A program made the translations under genes and the position numbers. Of a stretch of 64,000 nucleotides of DNA, positions 9,557-18,139 are shown piece after piece (within the stretch, counting starts at the first letter, position 1; each line of letters opens with the position of its first letter). This DNA comes from Bifidobacteriaceae bacterium (GTDB lineage Bacteria; Actinomycetota; Actinomycetes; Actinomycetales; WQXJ01), in assembly GCA_031281585.1 (NCBI GenBank), contig JAITFE010000056.1, positions 24,566 to 88,565 on the forward strand, in the 5' to 3' direction. Below the pieces are notes generated by a model. It did not search any database. It was not told where the DNA came from and saw nothing but the letters and a program-made list of their open reading frames with translations.

Positions 9557-10605
9557 GGCCCGTCCCCGCCAAGCGGCGAAGCGGCCGGCGGCAGCCCGCC
9601 GTCGCTCGCGGCCGAAGACCGCCCGGCAACTCCGTCGCTTGCCGACCCGCCAGCGGCAAGCGTTCGCGGCAGAGGCCCACCGAACCAGCCAGGCGGCCGG
9701 TCCTGCGCGCTTTCACCGCCCAGCGCGCCCCCCGCCGGCGTTTGCGGCGGCGGAGCGCCGAACCAACCGGACGGGACGCTCGGCACGCCGTCGCCTGCCG
9801 ACCCGGCAGCGGCCGACGTTCGCGGCAGCGGCGGAATGGGGCGGCCGAGCGGAGGCTGGGGGACGGCATCGGGCGTCGGGGCTTCTTCGCCCAAGACGTG
9901 GCCGTTCCATAGGAGGATCTCGCGGCCCGCCCACGCGGCCACGCGCGGTTCGTGGGTGACCAACAGGACGGCGGTGCCCTGGTCGCGGGCGGCGCTGACG
10001 AAGGCCTCCAAGACCAGTTCGCCGTTGACGGTGTCGAGAGAGCCGGTGGGCTCGTCGGCCAGGATGACCTTGGGGCCGTGGACCAGGGCGCGCGCCACCG
10101 CGGCCCGCTGCGCCTCGCCGCCGGAGACCTCTGAGACCAGTCGATCCGCCTAGTCGGCCACGTCCAGGCGGCCAAGGTAATCCCTGGCCCGGCGGCGGGC
10201 GGGGCCGGGCGCCAAACCGGTCAACGGGAGCGGCAATTCGACGTTTTCAGCCAGTGTCAACTCCGGAATCAGGTCGCCGAACTGGAAGACGAACCCGAAG
10301 TGCCTCAGCCTGAGCTCGCCGCGCCGCTTTTCCGACCATTGGTCGGTGCGCTCGCCCTCGAACCAGACGCTGCCCGAATCCGGCCTGAGCAGCCCCGCCA
10401 GCAGGTGGAGCGCCGTCGACTTGCCGGAGCCGGACGGCCCCATCAACGCCACGATCTCCCCGGGCGCGAGCGCCAGCGAAACCCCTGTCAGCACCTCGGT
10501 GGGGCCGAACGACCGCCGGAGGTCCACGCCCGCGAGAACTGCGCGCCGCGCCTGGTCCGGCGCCGACACCGCGTCAGGCGCCACGGCCACATGTCCGCCG
10601 CCCAT
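9541..10605 (-). pseudogene. ABC transporter ATP-binding protein interrupted by one in-frame TAG (10152..10150)
   Basis: Track ORFs 10150..10764 and 9541..10098 are in the same frame. The first carries Walker [10 protein letters not shown] and the Q-loop FVFQ. The signature VSGGEAQR lies just after the TAG. Walker B VILADEPT and the H-loop VTHE follow. The likely start is the ATG at 10605 (MGGGHVAV), two nt after the PadR stop. Confidence 0.7.
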
Positions 10606-10606
10606 G

Positions 10607-11266
10607 TCACTCGCCCCCCTCGCCTCGCCGCCCGCCGCGGCCTTCTGAACGACCCCCGGCGCGTGAGCCGCGTCCCGCGTCGGAGCCGCTTCGGCCGGCT
10701 GGACCCAAATGGCCGTCTGGGCTGGACGCAGTGGCCGGGCCGGCCTCCGGGCTCCGCCCCGCATCCGCCGCTGCGAGGCGTGCAGCCGCCAATTCGATCC
10801 ATTTCAAGTCGGCCTCCAGGTGGGCGATCTCAAAGTCGCCGGCCAGCCGGTCGATCGCATCGCCCTCATGCCGAGCCTTGGTCAACTCCCGCATCCGCGC
10901 CACGTAAACCCGCTGTTGGGCGGCCAAGATCTGGGCGGCGGGACGCCCCGACACCAGGGCGAGCACCACCTTGGTGAACAGTTCGGCGGGCCGCCCGGCG
11001 GGCAGGCGCGGCGTGGTGAGCCAGGAGTCGAAGTCCTCCACGCCCAGGTCCGTGATGGCGTAGACCCGCCGTTCGGCGCCGTCGCCGGGGGCGAAGCCCA
11101 CGTCTTGGACCAAGCCGTCCCGCTCCAGGCGGGCCAGAGTCGCGTAGACCTGGCCGAACTTTAGTTCCCGGCCCTGCCCCAGCAACTCGTCGTACCGCTG
11201 CTTGAGGGCCCATCCGTGCGAGGGACCGGCCCCCAAGATGCCCAACATTGCCATCGCCACGCTCAT
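10607..11266 (-). CDS. PadR family transcriptional regulator
   Basis: The N-terminal winged-helix pattern [44 protein letters not shown] is present. I prefer the ATG at 11266 over the GTG at 11281, because the GTG lies inside an AT-rich palindrome. Confidence 0.85.
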   Translation of the reverse strand: MSVAMAMLGILGAGPSHGWALKQRYDELLGQGRELKFGQVYATLARLERDGLVQDVGFAPGDGAERRVYAITDLGVEDFDSWLTTPRLPAGRPAELFTKVVLALVSGRPAAQILAAQQRVYVARMRELTKARHEGDAIDRLAGDFEIAHLEADLKWIELAAARLAAADAGRSPEAGPATASSPDGHLGPAGRSGSDAGRGSRAGGRSEGRGGRRGEGGE

Positions 11267-11272
11267 GCCGCC

Positions 11273-11292
11273 AATATACACTCAATGTATAT
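11273..11292 (-). promoter_or_regulatory. candidate PadR operator overlapping a -10 box; leaderless padR transcript
   Basis: The 7-5-7 inverted repeat ATATACA-CTCAA-TGTATAT (11274..11292) is an AT-rich island in GC-rich DNA. On the minus strand, TATATT (11278..11273) is followed by 6 nt and then the ATG at 11266. Confidence 0.45.
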
Positions 11293-11503
11293 CGAGGCAA
11301 ACGCCGCTTGAAGCGGGGCCTTGCCAGAGGCGGAGGTGGCAATGGCCGTACCCGTTCCGTTCCTTCCCCGTGCGCGGGGACCAAGGAAACTCTCCGGGGC
11401 CGCGGCCAAAGCGATGGGGCACCGGGTTGCCGGAGGCGCGGCGGACGGCACCGCGCCGAGGCTGGTTGGCCGCCGAGGACCGCGCTCTGTTCGGCCGACC
11501 CGT

Positions 11504-11925
11504 CAATTGGCGTTTCTGTGCTGTCGGCCCACGCCCAGTGGCGTCTTCCGTGCCGCAGACCCGCCCAGCGGCGTCTCCTGTGCCGCACGGGCCTGCCAAC
11601 CCCGCCGACCGGCGTTTCCTGTGCCGCCAGCTCGTCGAGTGGCGGATCGTGTGCCGCCGACGCCGCCCAGCGGCGTTTCCTGTGCCGCGCGGGCCCCCCA
11701 ACCCCGCCGACTGGCGGATTTTGTCCGCGCGGTTTTGCGTACGCGCTGGTCAGAGGGTTGGCCTTCGTCGAGTGGCGTACATTATCCACCGCTCGACGAG
11801 GTGGATGGCCAAGGACGGCACAAGAAACGCCACTGGGCGGCCCGGACGTTGCCGAATCCGCCGTTCGGCGCCGAGTGGCGGATCCTGTACCGGCGACACC
11901 GCCCAGCGGCGGATCACGGGTCCGC
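11504..11925. repeat. array of short degenerate repeats with a ~101-bp higher-order period in a 0.9 kb non-coding gap
   Basis: A core of roughly CAGCGGCGTTTCCTGTGCCGC starts at 11504, 11536, 11566, 11607, 11637, 11668 and 11709. Weaker copies start at 11770, 11873 and 11904, and one inverted copy lies at 11816..11840. Segment 11536..11636 closely resembles 11637..11738. Confidence 0.8.
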
Positions 11926-12211
11926 CAACCCATGACACAGCGGCACAAGACCCGTCCCTCGGCCTTCTCGGCCAACCCCCACCCACGGATCCAGGCGGAA
12001 GCGCCGGAAACGGCCTCAAAATGGGGACGGCGCCAGGACCCGGTCGGCCGGAAACGGCCTCCCAAACCCCATTGAGCCGCCTTCCCCAGGTCCCCCTCGG
12101 CGCGGCCGGACACGGAATGGTAATAGACGGCAAGGTATCTTTATGCGTGGCCGTGCTCCGACGTCGGGGCCGCGGAATGAACCAACCAACGCAAGCAAAG
12201 GACTAACACCC

Positions 12212-13054
12212 ATGACTATCCGTCCTAGTAGAGCCCTGCTCGGCCTTGGCCTGGCCATCAGCGCGACCCTCGCGCTGGGCGCCTGCGGCACCGGCGAAGT
12301 TGAAAGGGCCGGCGAGGCCAGCAAGAGCCCAAGCGCGGGGGCCGGCGCCGGGGCCAGCGAAGAGGCGCCAACGGTCAAGACCGTCACCGAAGGCAAGCTG
12401 AAGGTCTGCACCAACCCGCCTTACGCCCCGTTCGAGGCCACAGACGGAACCGAGGTCTTCGGCTTCGACATGGACTTGACCACCGAGGTCGCCAATGATC
12501 TAGGCCTGGAGATCGAGTTCGTGATCGCCGGCTTCGAGTCGATCGAATCTGCGGCCGCGATCGACACCGGCACCTGCGACATTGGCGCCAGCGCCCTGTC
12601 CATCACGGAAGACCGGCTCGCCAAGCTCGACTTCTCCGACTCCTATTACGAGACCACCATGGGCCTGCTGGTCAAAGCGGACTCCGGCATTGCCACCATC
12701 GCGGACCTGGTCGACAAGCCGGTCGGCGTCCAGCAGGGCACCACCGGCGAGGACTGGGCGAACGAGCAGCCCGAACTGACCAACATCAAACAGTACGAGG
12801 GCCTGGGCGACCAGGTGACGGCGCTCAAGGCGGGCGACGTGGTGGGCGTGTTCAACGACGTGCCGACCTTGACCCCGTACGAGGACGAGGGTTTCACCGT
12901 GGTGGACACCTTCGCCACCGGCGACAAGCTCGGCTTCGCAGTCCAGAAGGGCAACACGGCCCTGCTCGACCAGATCAACAAGACGCTGCAGCGGCTCCGC
13001 TCGGACGGCTCGTATGACGAATACGTCGCGAAGTGGTTCTCCGTCAAGGAGTGA
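12212..13054 (+). CDS. amino acid ABC transporter substrate-binding lipoprotein
   Basis: The ATG at 12212 is preceded by AAAGGA. It has a signal peptide with the lipobox LALGAC, and the mature part looks like a polar amino-acid binding protein (KVCTNPPYAPFE, GVQQGTTGE). Confidence 0.85.
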   Translation: MTIRPSRALLGLGLAISATLALGACGTGEVERAGEASKSPSAGAGAGASEEAPTVKTVTEGKLKVCTNPPYAPFEATDGTEVFGFDMDLTTEVANDLGLEIEFVIAGFESIESAAAIDTGTCDIGASALSITEDRLAKLDFSDSYYETTMGLLVKADSGIATIADLVDKPVGVQQGTTGEDWANEQPELTNIKQYEGLGDQVTALKAGDVVGVFNDVPTLTPYEDEGFTVVDTFATGDKLGFAVQKGNTALLDQINKTLQRLRSDGSYDEYVAKWFSVKE

Positions 13055-13094
13055 CCGCCCCGCCGAACCAGCCTGTTAGGAGGCGGCTGCCGCA

Positions 13095-14402
13095 ATGACG
13101 GTTGCTCAACTTGCGCTCATCTACGCCCCCTGGATCGCGGTGTCGCTCGCGGCCTTGGCCCTTGCTGTCCTGCCGGGAACCTACCGGCGCGGCTGGGTTC
13201 GCGGGTGGGTCGCGGGGGCGGCCGTCGCGCTGGTCGCCTACCCGGTGGGGGTCCTGGCGGCACCCGCCTGGCTGGTGGTCACGGTCTATTGGATTCCCGC
13301 CGGCGGCGCGGCCGCATCCGTCGCGCTGCTGGCGGCCGGTTTGGCAGGGCTCGCCGGTTCCCGTCGCCGCGCACGCCTTGAGCAAGCCGCCGATGCCGTC
13401 CGGTCGCCCGACGCCCCCATTCCGGCCGCCGGTTCGCCGACGTTGGCGGCGGCGCGGGGGTCCGCGCCCGAAGAAGGCCCTGTGGTCGCCGCGGCGAGCC
13501 GTGAAGAACCAGCCACGGCGACGCCGCCAAGCGACACGGCGGCGGCCGCTCCCCCCGCCGGAAAGGGCGGCGGCGCGCCAGCGGTCGCGGTCCTGGCCGA
13601 CGGCCGGCGGCGGGGGCTGCGCCCCAGCGACCGCGCCAGCCTGGTCCGGGGGCTCCAGTACGGCGTGCTGCTCGGAGCGGTCGTCATTTTGGCGCTGGTC
13701 ACCGACTGGGAGTTGATGTCGCAGCGGCTGTTCACGTTGGCGGGCCTGCGCCGAGTGGGCCCCAGGATCATCCCGGACTTCTTCAACACGGTCCGCTACA
13801 CTCTGGGGGCGTTCGCGGTCTCCCTGTCGCTGGGCACGGTCCTCGCCCTGATGAAGCTGTCCGCCGCGCGGCTCTACCGGGGGCTGGCCACCGCCTACAT
13901 CGAGTTCTTCCGGGGCATGCCCGCGCTGATTGTGGTCTTCGCGGTCGCGTATGGGATCCCGATGGCGCTGGGCGTGACCATCCCCACCATCTCCCTCAAG
14001 GCGGCGCTGGCGCTGGGCTGCGTCTCCGCCGCCTACATGGCCGAATCGATCCGCGCGGGCATCCAGGCGGTGCCGAAGGGGCAGGTCGAGGCGGCCCGCT
14101 CGCTCGGCATGTCGCACGGCAAGACGTTGCAGTCGGTGGTCATCCCCCAGGCGTTTCGGATAGTCCTGCCGCCGGTCACCAACGAGATCATCCTGCTCAC
14201 CAAGGACACGTCGCTGGTCTACGTGATGGGCTTGGCGACACGCGAATACGAGTTGACCAAACTGGCGCGCGAAAGCCTGTCGGAGCCGCACGGCGGCCTG
14301 ACCGCGCTGTTCGCGATAGGCGCCTGCTACCTGATCATCACCCTGCCGCTGGGCTTCCTGGTCCGGCGCATGGAACGCGGCTTTGGGAGGGCCAAGTCAT
14401 GA
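13095..14402 (+). CDS. amino acid ABC transporter permease with a ~190 aa N-terminal extension
   Basis: The C-terminal ~220 aa carry the EAA-type loop [33 protein letters not shown]. The N-terminal part has about 3 hydrophobic helices and an Ala/Pro-rich linker. The true start is unverified. Confidence 0.75.
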   Translation: MTVAQLALIYAPWIAVSLAALALAVLPGTYRRGWVRGWVAGAAVALVAYPVGVLAAPAWLVVTVYWIPAGGAAASVALLAAGLAGLAGSRRRARLEQAADAVRSPDAPIPAAGSPTLAAARGSAPEEGPVVAAASREEPATATPPSDTAAAAPPAGKGGGAPAVAVLADGRRRGLRPSDRASLVRGLQYGVLLGAVVILALVTDWELMSQRLFTLAGLRRVGPRIIPDFFNTVRYTLGAFAVSLSLGTVLALMKLSAARLYRGLATAYIEFFRGMPALIVVFAVAYGIPMALGVTIPTISLKAALALGCVSAAYMAESIRAGIQAVPKGQVEAARSLGMSHGKTLQSVVIPQAFRIVLPPVTNEIILLTKDTSLVYVMGLATREYELTKLARESLSEPHGGLTALFAIGACYLIITLPLGFLVRRMERGFGRAKS

Positions 14403-15316
14403 GCGCCACCGCCGGCGGGGCCGGCCAGGCCGGCCCCGTGATCGAGATTCGCGGGCTGCACAAGAGCTTCGGGGACACCCCCGTTCTGAAAGGCATAGAC
14501 CTGACCGTGGGCGCCGGGGACGTGGTCTGCGTGATCGGCCCCTCCGGCTCCGGCAAGTCCACCCTGCTGCGCTGCGTCAACCTGCTGGAGCAGCCCACGG
14601 CCGGTTCGATCAAGCTGCTCGGAGTCGAGGTGACGGACCCGGATGTGGACATCGACCGTGTCCGCACCCATGTCGGGATGGTGTTCCAGTCCTTCAACCT
14701 GTTCCCGCACAAGAACGTCCTGGACAACCTGACGCTGGCCCAGCGCAAGGTCCTGCGGCGCTCCAAGGAGGAGGCGGAGGCGGTGGCCCTGCGCAACCTT
14801 GAGCACGTCGGGCTGGCGGACCGGGTGGACGCCTACCCCGCCCAGTTGTCCGGCGGCCAGCAGCAGCGGGTGGCGATCGCGCGGGCGCTGTCCATGGACC
14901 CGGCCATGATGCTGTTCGACGAGCCGACCTCGGCGCTTGACCCGGAGTTGGTGGGCGACGTGCTGGCCGTCATGCGGGACCTGGCGCAAAGCGGCATGAC
15001 CATGATGGTGGTGACCCATGAGATGGCGTTCGCCCGCGAGGTCGGAGACCGGGTGGTCTTCATGGACGACGGCCAGGTGATGGAGGAGGGGCCAGCCGCC
15101 CAGGTGATCGGCGCCCCGCGGACCGAACGCGCGCGGGTGTTCCTGCACCGCGTCCTAAACCCGACCGGCATTGACGACTCAGAGCTGGGGCAAACCGAGC
15201 CCCCGCAGCCGGGCGACCCGGACTATGTGGCCCCCAAGGGGGGCCACGGAACGCATCCGCGAACCGGCGCGGGCGGCAACGAAGGCGAGGGCTACGTCCC
15301 GCTGACCGTGCGCTGA
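14399..15316 (+). CDS. amino acid ABC transporter ATP-binding protein
   Basis: [35 protein letters not shown] and VTHEM are all present. The ATG overlaps the permease stop (ATGA). There is a ~55 aa low-complexity C-terminal tail. Confidence 0.9.
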   Translation: MSATAGGAGQAGPVIEIRGLHKSFGDTPVLKGIDLTVGAGDVVCVIGPSGSGKSTLLRCVNLLEQPTAGSIKLLGVEVTDPDVDIDRVRTHVGMVFQSFNLFPHKNVLDNLTLAQRKVLRRSKEEAEAVALRNLEHVGLADRVDAYPAQLSGGQQQRVAIARALSMDPAMMLFDEPTSALDPELVGDVLAVMRDLAQSGMTMMVVTHEMAFAREVGDRVVFMDDGQVMEEGPAAQVIGAPRTERARVFLHRVLNPTGIDDSELGQTEPPQPGDPDYVAPKGGHGTHPRTGAGGNEGEGYVPLTVR

Positions 15317-15406
15317 CTTGTGGGCCGGCCCGGACGGCATGGGCAACTGAACGAACGTGGTCCGGCCGGGCGAACCGGGCGGCATCGGCGGCTGGAAAGC
15401 CGGCGG

Positions 15407-15856
15407 CTACTTCTTCGAGCGGCCGCGGGCCGTCAAGCGGGTGCCCGCCCAGTCTTTGCCGACCGAGATCGAATTGGCGGTGTGCAGGCCCGCAATTCCG
15501 GCGGCCTCGTGGATGTCCGAGGCCTCGACGTAGCCGGGGCGGCCCGGTTTGGGCGTCAGCACCCAGACCACGCCGCCGTGCTCAAGGGGCGACAGCGCGT
15601 CGACAATCGTGTCGGTCAGGTCGCCGTCGCCTTCCCGCCACCAGATCAGGGCCGCGTCGGTGACGTCGTCCCAGTCCTCGTCGACCAGGTCCGCGTCGAT
15701 CGCTTCCTCAATGGCCTCTCTGAGGTCGAAGTCCACGTCGTCGTCATACCCGATCTCCTGCACAACCTGGCCGCCGGTCAGCCCGAGCGGCGCGTCCGGC
15801 GGCGCGCCCGCAGAAAAGGTCCCGTCTTTCGGGGTCAACGTACTCATCACCGCCAA
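15407..15856 (-). CDS. DUF3052 domain protein (conserved actinobacterial)
   Basis: 149 aa with an acidic middle and a conserved GVVWVLTPKPGRPGYV segment. It is typically found beside the fatty-acid synthase II regulator locus in Actinobacteria. Confidence 0.7.
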   Translation of the reverse strand: MAVMSTLTPKDGTFSAGAPPDAPLGLTGGQVVQEIGYDDDVDFDLREAIEEAIDADLVDEDWDDVTDAALIWWREGDGDLTDTIVDALSPLEHGGVVWVLTPKPGRPGYVEASDIHEAAGIAGLHTANSISVGKDWAGTRLTARGRSKK

Positions 15857-15960
15857 CGCTAGTCGAGGATTCGCCTGGGCGCACGCGGGGATTCGGCGAT
15901 TTGTGGCCTGTCCGGGGCGTCAATTGTTGGGTGACCACAAATCGGCCGTAACATGGCGGC

Positions 15961-17133
15961 ATGGCACGGAGCTCCCAAACTCATCCGGTTCCCTGCGCGA
16001 CCACTGTGGCGCGGCTGTCCTCACACCGGGACCGACTGGTCACGCAGGTCATGAAATCGATCGACTTGGAGCACACGTGGTACCGCGCGCTTTCCGCCGA
16101 GGACCGCTCTTGGGTCGGTCTGGTGGCCCAAGCCTCGGTGGACGCCTTCATCGCCTGGTGCCGGGACAAGGGCTCCTCCGCCGGTTCCTCGCAGGAGATC
16201 TTCGCGGTCGCGCCGGCCGAGTTGACCCGCACCGTCTCGCTTCACCAGACGCTGCTGCTGGTCAAGAGCGGTGTCGACGTGATCGAGGCGGAGGCGGAGG
16301 TCCTGTCCGCGCCGGGCAAGGCTTCCGAGTTGCATGACGCGATTCTCCGCTATTCCCGCGAGTTCGCCTTCGCGACGGCCGAGGTCTACGCCCGCGCGGC
16401 GGAGATGCGGGGATCCTGGGACGCCCGCCTGGAAGCCTTGGTGGTGGACTCGCTGATCAGAGGCGACGTCGGCCCGTCGGTGCGGTCCCGGATCGCGGCG
16501 CTCGGCTGGTCCTCCACCGGGCAGGCCATCTGCCTGGCGGCCGGAATCCCCGCGCCGCTGGGCGAGGGGCGGGTCCGCGAGGTGCGCTCGGCGCTGCGCG
16601 CCGCCGCCCCCGACTCGCTGGCCGGGTTCCAGTCCGACCGCGTTTTGCTCCTGTTCAGCGGCCTGGACGACTTCCAACCGGCGGTCACTTCGCTGCTGCC
16701 CGCCCTGGGCGACGGCCCCGTCGTGATAGGGCCGAAGGTGCCCTCGTTGGAAGACCTCCCCCGTTCGATCCGGGCGGCCAACGCGGGCCTGGACGCCTTC
16801 GCGGCGTGGCCCGGCGCGCCCCGCCCGGTCCTGGCCGACGACTTGCTGCCGGAACGCCTGCTGATAGGCGACCCGGAGGCGCGCGCCACCTTGCTCGACC
16901 GTGCCTACCGCCCTTTGGTCGAGGCCGGCAAGGACGTCGCTTTGACCTTGGCCACCTATTTGGAACTGGGGCGTTCCCTGGAGGGCGCGGCCCGCGTCTT
17001 GTTCGTCCATCCCAACACGGTGCGCTACCGGCTGGGCAAAATCACCGAGATCTGCGGCTGGGATCCCGGCGACCCGAGGGAGGCCTACGTCCTCCAGCAC
17101 GCCTTGGCGGTGGGACGGCTCGGGGCCAGGTAG
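15961..17133 (+). CDS. PucR-family transcriptional regulator, FasR/MabR-like
   Basis: The C-terminal PucR HTH LEGAARVLFVHPNTVRYRLGKITEICG is present, and the gene sits immediately upstream of fabD-fabH-acpP-fabF. An alternative start is the ATG at 16051 (MKSIDLEH). Confidence 0.8.
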   Translation: MARSSQTHPVPCATTVARLSSHRDRLVTQVMKSIDLEHTWYRALSAEDRSWVGLVAQASVDAFIAWCRDKGSSAGSSQEIFAVAPAELTRTVSLHQTLLLVKSGVDVIEAEAEVLSAPGKASELHDAILRYSREFAFATAEVYARAAEMRGSWDARLEALVVDSLIRGDVGPSVRSRIAALGWSSTGQAICLAAGIPAPLGEGRVREVRSALRAAAPDSLAGFQSDRVLLLFSGLDDFQPAVTSLLPALGDGPVVIGPKVPSLEDLPRSIRAANAGLDAFAAWPGAPRPVLADDLLPERLLIGDPEARATLLDRAYRPLVEAGKDVALTLATYLELGRSLEGAARVLFVHPNTVRYRLGKITEICGWDPGDPREAYVLQHALAVGRLGAR

Positions 17134-17263
17134 GGCGCCGCGCGGACGCGCGTCCGCCGGGCGGGTGACGCCGGACCTTTGGAGGGTTCCCACAAAAGCC
17201 CTGACGGGGTGCTGTGGCGGATTAGGGCGGCGCGACCGGGGCCGGGGACGGACACTGGAAGGC

Positions 17264-18139
17264 GTGCGCGCGTTGGTCGCGCCCGGTCAGGGCGCTCAGA
17301 AGCCGGGAATGCTGGTCCCTTGGTTGGGCGTGGACGGCGCCCGCGAACGGTTGGCGCGCTGGTCCGAATTGGCCGAGGTCGACCTGTTTGAGCACGGGGT
17401 GGACTCCGCGGCTGACCAGATCCGCGACACCGCCATTGCCCAGCCGCTGCTGACGGCGGCCGCACTGTTGTCTTATGAGGCCGTCGACCAGCCCTTCGAC
17501 CTGGTGGCGGGCCACTCTGTCGGCGAGTTCGGCGCCGCCGTCATTGCGGGCGTGCTGAGCGCGGATGACGCCATGGCGGCGGCCGGCGCGCGCGGGCGGG
17601 CCATGGCGGCCTGCGCCGCCGCCCAGCCCAGCGCCATGGCGGCCGTGGTGGGCGGGGCCCCGGACGCGGTCCTGGAGGCGATCGAGCGGTCTGGCGCTTG
17701 GGCCGCCAATTTCAACGGGCCCAGCCAAATCGTGGCCGGCGGCCGGGCCGAGGCGATCGACCGCCTGGTGGAGGCGGCCCCGGCGCGGACGCGGGTGATC
17801 CGCTTGGACGTGGCGGGCGCCTTCCACACGCCCCTGATGGCGGCGGCGGAGCACGCGCTGAGGGCGGCCTTGGCCGGAGTCCAGGTGGCGGACGCCCAGG
17901 TGCCGCTGGTGACGAACCACGCGGGCCTGGCTATGACCAATGGCCACCAGATCATGGAGTCGATCATCCGTCAGGTGACGCTGCCGGTCCGCTGGGACCT
18001 GGTGCTGGAGACGTTCGCGGCGCGGGGCGTGGGCGCCCAATTGGAACTCGCCCCGGCCGGAGTCCTGACCGGGATAGCCAAACGCGCCCTCAAGGGCGCC
18101 CAACTGGAAACGGTCAACACACCGGAGGCGTTCGCATGA
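17264..18139 (+). CDS. fabD: malonyl CoA-ACP transacylase
   Basis: It begins VRALVAPGQGAQ and has the active-site motif GHSVGEF. The start is placed at the GTG at 17264; the track ORF extends further upstream to 17165. Confidence 0.88.
   Translation: MRALVAPGQGAQKPGMLVPWLGVDGARERLARWSELAEVDLFEHGVDSAADQIRDTAIAQPLLTAAALLSYEAVDQPFDLVAGHSVGEFGAAVIAGVLSADDAMAAAGARGRAMAACAAAQPSAMAAVVGGAPDAVLEAIERSGAWAANFNGPSQIVAGGRAEAIDRLVEAAPARTRVIRLDVAGAFHTPLMAAAEHALRAALAGVQVADAQVPLVTNHAGLAMTNGHQIMESIIRQVTLPVRWDLVLETFAARGVGAQLELAPAGVLTGIAKRALKGAQLETVNTPEAFA

Noticed and set aside
10150-10152. TAG as a programmed recoding signal (pyrrolysine or regulated read-through)
   Set aside because: No pyl genes or recoding signal are evident, and pyrrolysine use is not expected in this lineage. 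A nonsense mutation or a sequencing error is the simpler explanation. I kept it as a pseudogene call.
7988-10153. 721 aa plus-strand ORF spanning the FtsX permease and ABC ATPase genes
   Set aside because: It is antisense to two genes with clear family motifs. The product is extremely Arg/Pro/Gly/Gln-rich.
11504-11925. Possible CRISPR array
   Set aside because: The repeat cores are only 21-23 nt and degenerate. Gaps between cores are 8-19 nt rather than 30-40 nt unique spacers, the gaps themselves repeat with a ~101-bp period, and no cas genes are nearby.
10866-12206. Long ORFs (415, 334 and 275 aa) running through the 11.3-12.2 kb gap
   Set aside because: They occur in several frames on both strands. 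They are Arg/Pro-rich, they simply translate the tandem DNA repeats in different frames, and one runs through padR out of frame. No start or RBS context was found and no family recognised.
17142-17157. Palindrome GCGGACGCGCGTCCGC after the PucR-family gene as a terminator or FasR/MabR operator; ACAAAAG nearby as a half site
   Set aside because: There is no U-tract. The palindrome is pure GC-type sequence that arises easily in this composition. Only half of the remembered TTTTGT/ACAAAA-type motif is present, so I cannot support a call.
17698-18135. Upstream extension of the fabH ORF (513 aa version), and ORF 18758..19219 upstream of acpP
   Set aside because: The extensions overlap fabD and fabH in other frames and are low complexity. 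The ATGA-coupled start at 18136 and the RBS-preceded GTG at 19220 give proteins of normal length.
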